Shown one piece after another: positions 9,343 through 18,649 of a stretch of 64,000 nt of DNA; the first letter of the stretch is position 1; every line of letters starts with the position of its first letter. The DNA lies in assembly GCA_028284605.1 (NCBI GenBank), contig JANQRL010000029.1, positions 88,574 through 152,573 on the forward strand. The letters are read 5' to 3'. The stretch comes from Paracoccaceae bacterium (lineage in GTDB: Bacteria > Pseudomonadota > Alphaproteobacteria > Rhodobacterales > Rhodobacteraceae). The position numbers and the translations under genes are program-made. A model generated the notes under the pieces. That model was given only the letters and a program-made list of their open reading frames with translations, was not told the DNA's origin and did not search any database.

Positions 9343-10968
9343 CTATAGCCCCTTCGCGATCTTTCTCAGCTCGAACTTCTGGATCTTGCCGGTGGAGGTT
9401 TTCGGGAGGTCCCGGAACACCACCTGTTTCGGGGTCTTGAACCCGGCGAGCCGCTCGCGGGTGAAGGCGATGAGGTCGGCCTCGGTCGCCTCATGCCCCT
9501 CCTTCAGTTCCACGAAGGCGCAGGGCACCTCGCCCCATCTCTCGTCCGGCTTCGCCACCACGGCGGAGAGCAGCACGGCCGGGTGGCGCATCAGCACGCC
9601 CTCCACCTCCACCGACGAGATGTTCTCGCCGCCGGAAATGATGATGTCCTTGGCCCGGTCGGCGATCTGGATCGCGCGGTCGGGATGCAGGACGGCGAGG
9701 TCTTCGGAATGGAACCAGCCGCCGCGGAACGCCTTCTCGGTCGCTTCCGGGTTCTTCAGATAGCCCTTCATGACGCAATTGCCGCGCATCGCCACCTCGC
9801 CTTGCGTCGCGGCGTCCATCGGCACTTCGGCGCAGGTCTCGTCGATGACGGTGCTGTCCTCCATCATCGGCATCGGGATGCCCTGGCGGGCCTTGAGCGC
9901 CAGTTGCTCGTCATGCGGCAGGGCGGACCAGGCGGCATCGGCGAGGCACTGGGTGACATGGCCGTAGGTCTCGGTCAGGCCGTAGACATGGGTGACGGAG
10001 AAGCCGAGCGCCTCGGTCTTTTCCAGCGTCGCCGGGGCGGGCGGGGCGCCGGCGGTAAAAACCTCGACCTTGTGGTGGACCGGGCGGCGCTCGTCCTCGG
10101 TGGCGTTGACCAGCATGTTGAGCACGATGGGCGCGCCGCCGAAATGGGTGACGCCCTCATCGGCGATGGCATCGAAGATGGCCTCCGCCGAGATGTCCCG
10201 GCAGCAGATCACCGTGCCGCCGAGGAGCGGCATCATCCAGGCATGGTTCCAGTTGTTGCAGTGAAAGAGCGGCACGATGGTGAGGTAGCGGGGATGCATC
10301 GCCATGCCCCAGGAGATCGCGGTGCCCATGGTCATCAGGTAAGCGCCGCGATGGTGGTAGACGACACCCTTGGGCCGCCCGGTGGTGCCGGAGGTGTAGT
10401 TGAGCGCGAGGCTCTCCCATTCGTCCCCGGGCATCACCCAGGGGAAATCCGGGTCGCCGGTGTCGAGAAAATCCTCGTAGTCGATCTGCTCGCCCTGGCC
10501 GGGGACGCCGGCGATGTCGTCGGGGACCTCGATGACCATCGGCGCGGGGCCTTCCATCCGGTCGATGGCGGCCATGGTGAGGTTGAGGAACTGGCTGTCG
10601 GTGATCACCGCCTTGGCCCCGCCATGGTCGAAGATGTAGGCGACGGTGTCCACGTCGAGGCGGATGTTGATCGTGTTGAGCACCGCGCCGCAGGCCGGCA
10701 CGCCGAAGGTGGCCTCCACATGGGCGGGGACGTTGGGCAGGAGCGTGGCGACCACATCGCCGGGCCTGATCCCGGCCTTGGCGAGTGCCGAGGCGAGGCG
10801 GGTGACCCGGTCGTGGTACTGGGCGTAGGTCCAGCGATGGGGGCCGTAGACCATCGCCTCGCGGTCGGGCCAGAGCCGGGCGGCCCGGGCCAGATGGCTG
10901 AGCGGCGTCAGCGGCACGTAATTGGCGGGGCACTTGTCGAGCCCGGTTTCATCGGCCAGCCAGCCCAT
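9343..10968 (-). CDS. AMP-dependent acyl-CoA synthetase
   Basis: Frame of track ORF 9343..11238. Start at ATG 10968 (MGWLADETGLDKCPANYVPLTPL...). Contains the AMP-binding motif NYTSGTTGRPKGVV, plus GLTETYG and KTSTGKIQKFELR. Confidence 0.87.
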   Translation of the reverse strand: MGWLADETGLDKCPANYVPLTPLSHLARAARLWPDREAMVYGPHRWTYAQYHDRVTRLASALAKAGIRPGDVVATLLPNVPAHVEATFGVPACGAVLNTINIRLDVDTVAYIFDHGGAKAVITDSQFLNLTMAAIDRMEGPAPMVIEVPDDIAGVPGQGEQIDYEDFLDTGDPDFPWVMPGDEWESLALNYTSGTTGRPKGVVYHHRGAYLMTMGTAISWGMAMHPRYLTIVPLFHCNNWNHAWMMPLLGGTVICCRDISAEAIFDAIADEGVTHFGGAPIVLNMLVNATEDERRPVHHKVEVFTAGAPPAPATLEKTEALGFSVTHVYGLTETYGHVTQCLADAAWSALPHDEQLALKARQGIPMPMMEDSTVIDETCAEVPMDAATQGEVAMRGNCVMKGYLKNPEATEKAFRGGWFHSEDLAVLHPDRAIQIADRAKDIIISGGENISSVEVEGVLMRHPAVLLSAVVAKPDERWGEVPCAFVELKEGHEATEADLIAFTRERLAGFKTPKQVVFRDLPKTSTGKIQKFELRKIAKGL

Positions 10969-11118
10969 GGCGATCCTCCCTGATCCTCCGGCGACCGATA
11001 ATGTGGCGCGGGGCTTCCTCGGCGCAAGAAAAAAACCGGGCGGATGAGGGCTTGCGGCCCGGGGCGCATCTGGCCCAATGGCCGGCGGAGGTGTCGGGTC
11101 GGGTGCAGGAGGTTTGAG

Positions 11119-12030
11119 ATGCAGGAGGTGCAGCCGATCCGGGCGACGGGGTTCGTGCTCCTCGGCATGCTGACGCTGGGGCTGACCGACAATACGATGC
11201 CGCATTTCACGGGCGAGACGAGCCTCTGGCAGTTTCACGGGCTTCGGGCGGCGCTGGTGCTGCCGGTCGTTGCCGCGCTCGCGGCGTTGGCCGGCACCCC
11301 GCTCTGGCCCCGGCGACCGCTGGCGGTGGCGGCGCGGAGCTTCTGCGTCGGCTTTTCCATGCTGCTCTATTTCGGCGCCCTGGCCTTCCTGCCCATCGGC
11401 GTCGTCGTCGCCGGGCTCTTCACCGCGCCGCTCTTCGTGCTGATCCTCACCGCGCTCTTCCGGCGCCAGCCGGTGGGGGCGGTGCGCTGGGCGGCGGTGC
11501 TTCTGGGCTTTCTCGGCGCGCTCCTGGTGATCCAGCCGGAGGAGGGCGGGCTGAACCTCCTCGCGCTCGTGCCCATCGTGGCGGGGTTCTTCTACGCCGT
11601 CGGCGCCGTGGCGACACGGAGCTGGTGCGAGGGGGAGGCGACCTCGACCCTGGTCTTCGGCTTCTTCTTCGCGCTCCTTCTGATGGGGCTTGGCGGTCTG
11701 GCCGTTCTAAGCCTCTGGCCTGCTGCCGCGCCTGTCGGCCCGGACGGGTTCCTGCTGCGCGGCTGGACCGGGATCAGCGGCGGTTTCGCCTTCTGGATCG
11801 CGGTGCAGGCGGTGGGCTCGCTCATCGGAATTGCCTGCTTGACCCGGGGCTATCAGATCGGCGAGGCGTCTTATGTGGCGATCAACGAATACTCCCTGAT
11901 CCTCTTCGCGACCTTCTTCGCCTGGCTCTTCTGGGGGCAGAGCGTGGGGGTCGCGGCGCTTCTCGGCATGGGGCTGATCGTCGTCTCGGGCTCGGTGATC
12001 GCGCTCCGCGCGCGGGAGGGGGCGAGATGA
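11119..12030 (+). CDS. DMT (EamA-like) family transporter
   Basis: Frame of track ORF 11044..12030. Start at ATG 11119. About 10 hydrophobic helices in two repeated halves, typical of the drug/metabolite transporter fold. Confidence 0.78.
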   Translation: MQEVQPIRATGFVLLGMLTLGLTDNTMPHFTGETSLWQFHGLRAALVLPVVAALAALAGTPLWPRRPLAVAARSFCVGFSMLLYFGALAFLPIGVVVAGLFTAPLFVLILTALFRRQPVGAVRWAAVLLGFLGALLVIQPEEGGLNLLALVPIVAGFFYAVGAVATRSWCEGEATSTLVFGFFFALLLMGLGGLAVLSLWPAAAPVGPDGFLLRGWTGISGGFAFWIAVQAVGSLIGIACLTRGYQIGEASYVAINEYSLILFATFFAWLFWGQSVGVAALLGMGLIVVSGSVIALRAREGAR

Positions 12031-12686
12031 TCCTGAGCCGCGGGCGCCGCTATATCTTCGTCCATATCCCGAAGACCGGGGGCACGGCGATGGCGATGGC
12101 GCTGGAGGCGCGGGCGATGGCCGACGACATTCTGGTGGGCGACACGCCGAAGGCGCAGCGGCGCAAGGGGCGGCTTCGGGGCGTCGAGACCGCGGGACGG
12201 CTCTGGAAGCATTCGACGCTGGCCGAGGCGGCGGGGCTGATCACCGAGGAGGACCTCGAGACCTGCCTGATCTTCACCATGGTGCGCAATCCCTGGGACC
12301 GGCTGGTCAGCTATTACCATTGGCTGCGCGCGCAGCGCTTCGATCACCCCGCTGTCGGGCTGGCGAAGGCGCGCGACTTCTCCGGCTTCCTCAATGCGGA
12401 GCAGACCGCGCGAAGCCTGCGCGCCTGGCCCTACGGCGCCTATCTGCGCGACGGGACCGGGCGGGAGCGCGCGGCGCTCTTTGTCCGGCTCGAACATCTG
12501 GCCGAGGACCTCGTGCCGCTTCAGGATCATCTTGGCTTTGCGCTCGACCTGCCCCGGGCCAATGCGAGCGACAGGAACCCGGATTGGCGGGTCTACTATA
12601 GCGATGCGGATGCCGAGCGCGTGGCGCAGTTCTGTGCCGAGGATGCCGCCAGATTCGGCTATGATTTCGCCTCATACGCGTCGTGA
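12027..12686 (+). CDS. sulfotransferase family protein
   Basis: ATG 12027 overlaps the DMT stop (ATGA). MILSRGRRYIFVHIPKTGGTAM matches a PAPS 5'-phosphosulfate-binding loop (PKxGGT). Contains VRNPWDRLVSYY. Confidence 0.65.
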   Translation: MILSRGRRYIFVHIPKTGGTAMAMALEARAMADDILVGDTPKAQRRKGRLRGVETAGRLWKHSTLAEAAGLITEEDLETCLIFTMVRNPWDRLVSYYHWLRAQRFDHPAVGLAKARDFSGFLNAEQTARSLRAWPYGAYLRDGTGRERAALFVRLEHLAEDLVPLQDHLGFALDLPRANASDRNPDWRVYYSDADAERVAQFCAEDAARFGYDFASYAS

Positions 12687-12876
12687 CTGTCGCCGGTTGA
12701 CCCCAAGGCCGCTCCGGCATGGACGGGGTTGCGGCGGTCATTCCGGACCGCGCCCGGACATTGCCATCTTCGCGCCGTGTCTCCCGGATCCGGGCGGAGC
12801 GCTCTAACCTTTTTGAAACCATAGACTGCGACGGTGCCGTCACGTCGGCTTCGAAGACAGCAGTAGGGATGAGAAC

Positions 12877-13518
12877 ATGTTCGGATGGGGACGTTCCGTC
12901 TCGGGTACGGGGTGCGCCGACGACGCGGCTCCGGAGGCCGCGGGCGCGGGCGCGTGGGGCATCCTCAACGGCACGCGCGTGGCCACCGAGTTCGGCTGGC
13001 GTCCGGTCGAGGCGATTGCCGAAGGCGATCTGGTGCTGACCTTCGATGGGGGCGCGCTGCCGGTCGTCGTGGTCGAGCGTCACGTCATCTGGTGCAAGGC
13101 CGAGGCCGCTAACCGCGATGCCTGGCCGCTTTCGGTGCCTGCCGGCGCGCTTGGCAACGGCGAGGAGATGCTGCTGTTACCCGATCAGGCGGTGGTGATC
13201 GAAAGCGATGCGGCCGAGGACATGTATGGCGATCCCTTCGTGCTGGTCGCGGCCCGGACGCTCGACGGCGTCGCCGGGATCGCCCCCGTCGTGCCCCCGC
13301 CGCGGCTCGAAGTGGTGACGCTGCGCTTCGCGCGCGAGGAGGTGGTGTTCGCCAATTTCGGTGCGCTGTTTCTCTGCCGCGCCGCGGATGACGACATCAT
13401 GGCGGCGGTCCGGAAGCGGGATTATCCGGTGCTCGGCCAGCGCGAGGCCGAACGCATCGCCCGGGACACCGCGGCCGCGCCGCCCCGGGCGCAGCGGTCA
13501 GAGCCGCTCGGGGCCTGA
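12877..13518 (+). CDS. Hint (Hedgehog/intein-like) domain-containing protein
   Basis: 213 aa. GTRVATEFGWRPVEAIAEGDLVLTFDGGALPVVVVERH matches the N-terminal Hint_2-type signature (GTxIxT..G..PVE.L..GD.V.T.D.G.QP) that is common in Rhodobacterales. Confidence 0.7.
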   Translation: MFGWGRSVSGTGCADDAAPEAAGAGAWGILNGTRVATEFGWRPVEAIAEGDLVLTFDGGALPVVVVERHVIWCKAEAANRDAWPLSVPAGALGNGEEMLLLPDQAVVIESDAAEDMYGDPFVLVAARTLDGVAGIAPVVPPPRLEVVTLRFAREEVVFANFGALFLCRAADDDIMAAVRKRDYPVLGQREAERIARDTAAAPPRAQRSEPLGA

Positions 13519-13691
13519 CCTACAGCGCGGCCGGGGTTCCGGTGCGGTGCCCGGCCGACCGGATCGCCCGGGGCGCCTCAGGCTCCGCGAGCCCGTCGCG
13601 TCGGCGGGCGCCGCTCCGCGCGTCATGCCCGCAGCGGACCCGGGCTACGGCAGCGGTGCCCGGGCGACACGGGCGACCGGATCAGACCGGA

Positions 13692-15890
13692 TCAGGCGGC
13701 GGCCGCCTGCGGGCCGAAGCGGCCGTAGAAGCTCTCGCCGCTCTCGGCCATCTCGCGCAGGAGTGCCGGGCAGGTGAAACGGTCGCCGTGGGCCGCCGTC
13801 AGGGTGTCGCAGCGCTCGGCGGCATAGGCGGCGCCGAGGATGTCGAGCCAGGAGAACGGCCCGCCGGACCAGGGCGCGAAGCCCCAGCCGAGGATCGCGG
13901 CGACATCACCCTCACGGATATCCATCAGCACGCCCTCTTCGAGGGCGCGGACGGCTTCCAGCACCTGGGCGAAGAGCAGGCGGTGCTGCACCTCCTGAAG
14001 CGCGGGCTGCTCGGCGGCGGGCGGGTAGCGGTCGGCGAGGCCCTCCCAGAGGCCCTGGCGCTTGCTGGCCTCGTCATAGGCGTAGAAGCCGGCCTTCGAC
14101 TTGCGCCCGAGCCGGCCCTCGCCCTCCATCCAGAACAGCAACTCGTCGATGGCGTCGTCATAGGCGTCGCCCATCGCGGCCTTCGTCGCCTTGGCGATCT
14201 TCACGCCGAGATCGATGGAGGTTTCGTCGGTCAGTTGCAGCGGCCCGAGCGGCATGCCCACCAGCTTCGCCGCGTTCTCGATCAGCGCCGGGGCCACGCC
14301 CTCCTGCACCATGCGGATGCCCTCGTTGATGTAGGGGATGATGCAGCGGTTGGCGTAGAAGAACCGGGCGTCGTTGACGACGATGGGGGTCTTGCGGATC
14401 TGGCGGACGAAATCGAGCGCCTTGGCCACCGCGCGGTCGCCGGTCTGCTGCCCCTTGATGATCTCGACCAGCATCATCCGCTCGACCGGTGAGAAGAAGT
14501 GGATGCCGATGAACTGTTCGGGGCGGATGCTCGCCTTGGCCAGATCGCTGATCGGCAGGGTGGAGGTGTTGGTGGCGAAGATGCCCTCCGCCTTGACCGC
14601 GGCCTCCACGGCCTTGGTCACCTCGGCCTTGATGGCGGGGTCCTCGAAGACCGCCTCGACGATCAGGTCGCACTCGGCGAGATCGGCATAGTCCGAGGTG
14701 GCGGTGATGCGGGCGAGCGCCGCCTCTTTCTTCTCCGGCGTGGACTTGCCGCGCTTCATGCCCTTGTCATGGTAGTCAGCCGTGTAGGCTTTGCCGCGCT
14801 CCGCCGCGTCGAGGTCGCGGTCGAGGAGCACCACGTCGATCCCGGCCTGGGCGGAAACGAGCGCGATGCCGGCGCCCATCATGCCGGCGCCGAGAACGCC
14901 GACCTTCTTGACGGTTTCATCGGCCACATCGGGTCGGTGGGCGCCCTTCTCCAGGGCCTGCTTGCTGACGAAGAGCGAGCGGATCATGGCGGAAGAGGAG
15001 GGGTTCATCAGCACATGGGTGAACCAGCGCGCCTCGACCTTGAGTGCGGTCTCGAAGGGCACCATGGCGCCTTCGTAGATCGCCGAAAGCAGCGCCTTGG
15101 CCGCCGGGTAGACCCCCTTGGTGCGGCCGTTGATCATCGCGGAGGCGCCGACGAAGGTCATGAAGCCCTGGGGGTGGTAGGGGGCGCCGCCGGGCATCTT
15201 CCAGCCCTTCTGGTCCCAGGGTTTGACGATCTCCGCATCGGTGGCGTTGAGGATCCACTGTCGTGCGGTTTCGACGAGGTCGTCGGCGGGCACGACCTCA
15301 TCGACGAGCTGGGCCGACTTGGCCCTCTTCGGGTCGAGCATCTTGCCTTCCAGCAGGACCGGGGCGGCGGCCATGGCGCCGACCATGCGGGAATAGCGGG
15401 TGGTGCCGCCGCCGCCGGGAAAGAGGCCGATGAGGATTTCCGGCAGGCCGATCCTCGCCTTCGGGTTGTCGGTCATGAAGCGGCGGTGGCAGGCCAGCGC
15501 CATCTCGGTCCCGATCCCGGCGCAGAGGCCGTTGATCGCGCAGGCCACCGGCTTGCCGCCCTTATTGGTCTTCGGGTCCATCCCGGCGCGTTCCAGTTTG
15601 CGCAGGATGCGGTGGCCGTTCATGGTGAAGTCGAAGAGACCCCGGGCGGGGTTGTCGCCTTCCTCCTCGCGGATCACGGCGAGGGTGTTGAGGTCCATGC
15701 CGCCGGCGAAGTCCTTCTTGGCGGAGGTCAGCAGGATGCCCTTCACCGCGTCATCGCCGAGCGCCCGGTCGATGAAATCCTCGACGAGATCGAAGGCGGC
15801 GCGGGTGAGCACGTTCATCGACTTGCCCTCGGCGTCCCAGGTGATGAAGGCGACGCCATCGGCGTCGACGGAATAGGTGAAATCGGTCAT
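13692..15890 (-). CDS. fadJ: bifunctional enoyl-CoA hydratase / 3-hydroxyacyl-CoA dehydrogenase (FadJ/FadB-like)
   Basis: 732 aa. N-terminal crotonase region (DFAGGMDL, INGLCAGIGTE) followed by a Rossmann motif (VGVLGAGMMGAGIA) and 3-HCDH C-terminal domains. Confidence 0.9.
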   Translation of the reverse strand: MTDFTYSVDADGVAFITWDAEGKSMNVLTRAAFDLVEDFIDRALGDDAVKGILLTSAKKDFAGGMDLNTLAVIREEEGDNPARGLFDFTMNGHRILRKLERAGMDPKTNKGGKPVACAINGLCAGIGTEMALACHRRFMTDNPKARIGLPEILIGLFPGGGGTTRYSRMVGAMAAAPVLLEGKMLDPKRAKSAQLVDEVVPADDLVETARQWILNATDAEIVKPWDQKGWKMPGGAPYHPQGFMTFVGASAMINGRTKGVYPAAKALLSAIYEGAMVPFETALKVEARWFTHVLMNPSSSAMIRSLFVSKQALEKGAHRPDVADETVKKVGVLGAGMMGAGIALVSAQAGIDVVLLDRDLDAAERGKAYTADYHDKGMKRGKSTPEKKEAALARITATSDYADLAECDLIVEAVFEDPAIKAEVTKAVEAAVKAEGIFATNTSTLPISDLAKASIRPEQFIGIHFFSPVERMMLVEIIKGQQTGDRAVAKALDFVRQIRKTPIVVNDARFFYANRCIIPYINEGIRMVQEGVAPALIENAAKLVGMPLGPLQLTDETSIDLGVKIAKATKAAMGDAYDDAIDELLFWMEGEGRLGRKSKAGFYAYDEASKRQGLWEGLADRYPPAAEQPALQEVQHRLLFAQVLEAVRALEEGVLMDIREGDVAAILGWGFAPWSGGPFSWLDILGAAYAAERCDTLTAAHGDRFTCPALLREMAESGESFYGRFGPQAAAA

Positions 15891-16034
15891 GTTCTGTCTC
15901 CGGTCATGGGGTGCAGGGCCGTCCGCGTCGGGCCGGCATGGCGGCGGCGATCGGGCGGCGAGGGCACGATGTCGTTTCGATCGGGCATCGGCTGGCGCGG
16001 GCGGGGCGGGGTCGGGACTGGCGGCGCATCCCGA

Positions 16035-16499
16035 TCACCTCGTCCCACAGGGGCCAGCGGGCGGCGTTCCCGAGAGCACCGCGATATGGGCCGGGACATC
16101 GGTGATCGCATACTGGCTCCACCCGACCTTCCAGCGGCCGTCGATCAGGCGCTGACGGGAATAGACCGTGTAGGTCTCCTGCACCTGGACCGCGCCGGAC
16201 ATGACCCGGGTCTCGTGGGTCGATTCGATGGTCACGGGATCGTGGAATTCCGCCTCCATGCAGCGCCGCACAAGATCGGTGACGTTGCGGGCCTCGTAAT
16301 GGGCGCGGATTCTGTCGAAGGTGGTCCGCATCTCGGCCTCGCTCGCGACCGTTCGCTGCCCGGCGAAGGTTCCGATCTCGTAGGGCAGCTCGAAGCAGGT
16401 CATCAGGCGTTGGAAATTCCCCGACATCAGCGCGACGCCGGTCTCGTCGAGGATATGCTCGACGATCTCGCGGGCGTCGCTGGTCGGGCGCCCCGTCAC
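16035..16499 (-). CDS. hypothetical protein embedded in the beta-oxidation operon
   Basis: 154 aa with balanced composition (MTGRPTSDAREIVEHILDETGVALMSGNFQRLMTCFELPYEIGTF...). It sits 6 nt downstream of the thiolase stop. An NTF2/SnoaL-like fold is only a guess. Confidence 0.55.
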   Translation of the reverse strand: MTGRPTSDAREIVEHILDETGVALMSGNFQRLMTCFELPYEIGTFAGQRTVASEAEMRTTFDRIRAHYEARNVTDLVRRCMEAEFHDPVTIESTHETRVMSGAVQVQETYTVYSRQRLIDGRWKVGWSQYAITDVPAHIAVLSGTPPAGPCGTR

Positions 16500-16505
16500 C
16501 TTGCG

Positions 16506-17717
16506 TCACACCCGCTCGAGGATCGTGGCCGCGCCCATGCCGGAGGCGACGCAGAGCGTGGCAAGGCCGGTGCCCTGGCCGGTGCGCTCCATCTCATCGA
16601 GGAGCGTGCCGATGATGATCGCGCCGGAGGCCCCCAGGGGATGGCCCATAGCGATGGCGCCGCCATTGACGTTGAGCCTGCCGTGGTCGACGTCGAACGC
16701 CTGCATGAAGCGCAGGACGACGGAGGAGAACGCCTCGTTCACCTCGAAGAGGTCGATGTCGCCCACCGACATACCGCTTTCGGCGAGGATCTTCTCGGTC
16801 ACCGGGACCGGGCCGGTCAGCATGATCGTTGGATCGGTGCCGATCTTGGCGGTGGCCTTGATCCGGGCGCGAGGTGTGAGGCCCTGGGCGTCGCCCCATT
16901 CCTTCGAGGCGACCAGCACGCCCGCGGCGCCATCCACGATGCCCGAGGAGTTCCCGGCATGGTGGATGTGGTCGATCTTTTCGAGATGCGGGTACTTCAT
17001 CAGCGCCACGGCGTCGAAGCCGGGCATTACCTCGCCCTGGTCCTTGAAGGCGGGCTTCAGGGCGCCGAGGGCCTGCATGTCGGTGCCCGGTCGGAGGTAT
17101 TCGTCGCGCTCCAGCACCGGCAGGCCGTTGACGTCGCGCACGGTGATGACGCTGTCGCCGAACCGGCCCTCGTCCCAGGCGGCGGCAGCGCGTTTCTGGC
17201 TTTCGACGGCGAAGAGGTCGGCATCGGTGCGGCTGATCCCGAACTCGGTGGCGATGATGTCGGCGCTGATGCCCTGGGGGACGAAGTAGTTCTCCATCGC
17301 GACGGTCGGGTCCACGGCCACTGCCGCGCCGTCCGAGCCCATGGTCACCCGGCTCATGCATTCCACGCCGCCCGCGATATAGGCCCCGCCGGCGCCGCCG
17401 CGGACCTGGTTGGCGGCGAGGTTCACCGCCTCCATGCCGCTGGCGCAGAACCGGTTGATGGAAAGGCCGGGGATGCGCTCGTCGAGGTCGGAGGCGAGGA
17501 CGGCGGTGCGGGCGAGGCAGCCGCCCTGTTCCTTCACCTGGGTGGCGTTGCCCCAGATCACATCCTCGACGGCATGGCCCTCGAGGCCGTTGCGCTCTTT
17601 CAGTTCATTGAGCGTCACGGCGGAGAGGCGCAGGGAGGTGACCTCGTGGAGCGACCCGTCCGGGCGGCCCTTGCCGCGCGGGGTACGGATCGCGTCGTAG
17701 ATATAGGCGTCGGTCAT
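16506..17717 (-). CDS. fadA: acetyl-CoA C-acyltransferase (thiolase)
   Basis: 403 aa. Contains the active-site Cys region INRFCASGMEAV, NVNGGAIAMGHPLGASG, and CVASGMGAA near the C-terminus. Confidence 0.92.
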   Translation of the reverse strand: MTDAYIYDAIRTPRGKGRPDGSLHEVTSLRLSAVTLNELKERNGLEGHAVEDVIWGNATQVKEQGGCLARTAVLASDLDERIPGLSINRFCASGMEAVNLAANQVRGGAGGAYIAGGVECMSRVTMGSDGAAVAVDPTVAMENYFVPQGISADIIATEFGISRTDADLFAVESQKRAAAAWDEGRFGDSVITVRDVNGLPVLERDEYLRPGTDMQALGALKPAFKDQGEVMPGFDAVALMKYPHLEKIDHIHHAGNSSGIVDGAAGVLVASKEWGDAQGLTPRARIKATAKIGTDPTIMLTGPVPVTEKILAESGMSVGDIDLFEVNEAFSSVVLRFMQAFDVDHGRLNVNGGAIAMGHPLGASGAIIIGTLLDEMERTGQGTGLATLCVASGMGAATILERV

Positions 17718-17727
17718 GGCGTCCTCC

Positions 17728-18363
17728 TCAGGCCCGGTCGGCGGGGCTGCCGGGCATCAGATCATAGGGGTGTTTCCAGCCCGGCGTGGCCGCGATGCGG
17801 TCGAGCCAGGCGTCGATATTGGCGTAGGCGGTGCGGTCGAAGGTGAAGGGCTCGGGGTAGTAGAGATAGCCGCAGCAGGCCAGATCGGCGGTGGTCAGCC
17901 GGTCGGCGGCGAGCCAGTCGCGGTCCGCGAAATAGCCATCGAGCACCTTCAGCGCGGAGCCGAGGCGCATGGCGAGGTAGCCGTTGGTATCCTCGCTGCG
18001 GCGGTCCTCGGGCAGGAAGTTCATGTTGAACCGCAGCGGCCCGGCGATGCCGGAGACCTTGTGGTTGTCGAACAGCGTCCAGCGCAGGATCTCGCGGCGT
18101 TCGTCGCTGTCGCGGGGGCCGAGATTGCCGGTCTTCTCGGACACATAGTCCTGGATCACGCCGGACTGGCTCAGCACCGTATCGCCGTCCACCAGCACCG
18201 GCACCTCGCCCATCGGATTGAGCGCGCGGTACTCGGGCGTGCGGGACGCGCCGTTAAAGAAATCGACGAATTCCGGTCGCCAATCAGCAGCGGCGAGTTC
18301 GAGCGTGATCGCCGCCTTGTAGGCGTTTCCGCTCTCCCGGAAGCAATGCAGGATCATGGTCAT
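17728..18363 (-). CDS. glutathione S-transferase family protein
   Basis: 211 aa. N-terminal thioredoxin-like part with NPMGEVPVLVDGDTVLSQSGVIQDY, followed by a helical C-terminal domain. Confidence 0.82.
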   Translation of the reverse strand: MTMILHCFRESGNAYKAAITLELAAADWRPEFVDFFNGASRTPEYRALNPMGEVPVLVDGDTVLSQSGVIQDYVSEKTGNLGPRDSDERREILRWTLFDNHKVSGIAGPLRFNMNFLPEDRRSEDTNGYLAMRLGSALKVLDGYFADRDWLAADRLTTADLACCGYLYYPEPFTFDRTAYANIDAWLDRIAATPGWKHPYDLMPGSPADRA

Positions 18364-18407
18364 GGCGCGACACTCCTGTGCTGTTCTGACGGCAGGCGTT
18401 CGGCCAT

Positions 18408-18614
18408 GCGTTTTTGGACCAAGATGAGGGACCCTGTGCCGCGATAACCCGCCGTTAACCTTAACGGGCCACGATCGGGGCGCGCCGATAGCTGGCGAGC
18501 GACTCGGCGTCCAAGGTGAAGCTCCGGCCCGCCCCGTAGCACCCCGGAACAGGGGCCGGCGCGGCGGGTCGGGGTCCTCTGCCCGCCCACTCCTTCATCT
18601 TGGCCCAAAAACGC
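18408..18614. repeat. 207-bp element bounded by 23-bp inverted repeats (repeat-family copy E)
   Basis: The left arm GCGTTTTTGGACCAAGATGAGGG (18408-18430) matches the reverse complement of CCTTCATCTTGGCCCAAAAACGC (18592-18614) at 21 of 23 positions. The arm resembles the CTTGG..ATAAAGCGC block of copies A-C. The interior holds the palindrome CCGTTAAccTTAACGG. Confidence 0.75.
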
Positions 18615-18649
18615 CCCCCGGAGGGTCGATCTGACACGGGGCCGGAGGC

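Noticed and set aside
13541-13691. Direct repeats GCGGTGCCCGG.CGAC and CGACCGGATC in the Hint/FadJ convergent spacer as a sixth copy of the repeat family
   Set aside because: The shared strings are short (8-16 nt), GC-rich and expected by chance at this composition. The block order of the family is not reproduced.
14499-17846. 1115-aa plus-strand ORF spanning FadJ, the 154-aa ORF and the thiolase on the opposite strand
   Set aside because: It crosses three independently recognisable minus-strand genes and their spacers. Its Arg/Gly/His/Asp-rich composition and lack of motifs mark it as an antisense artefact.
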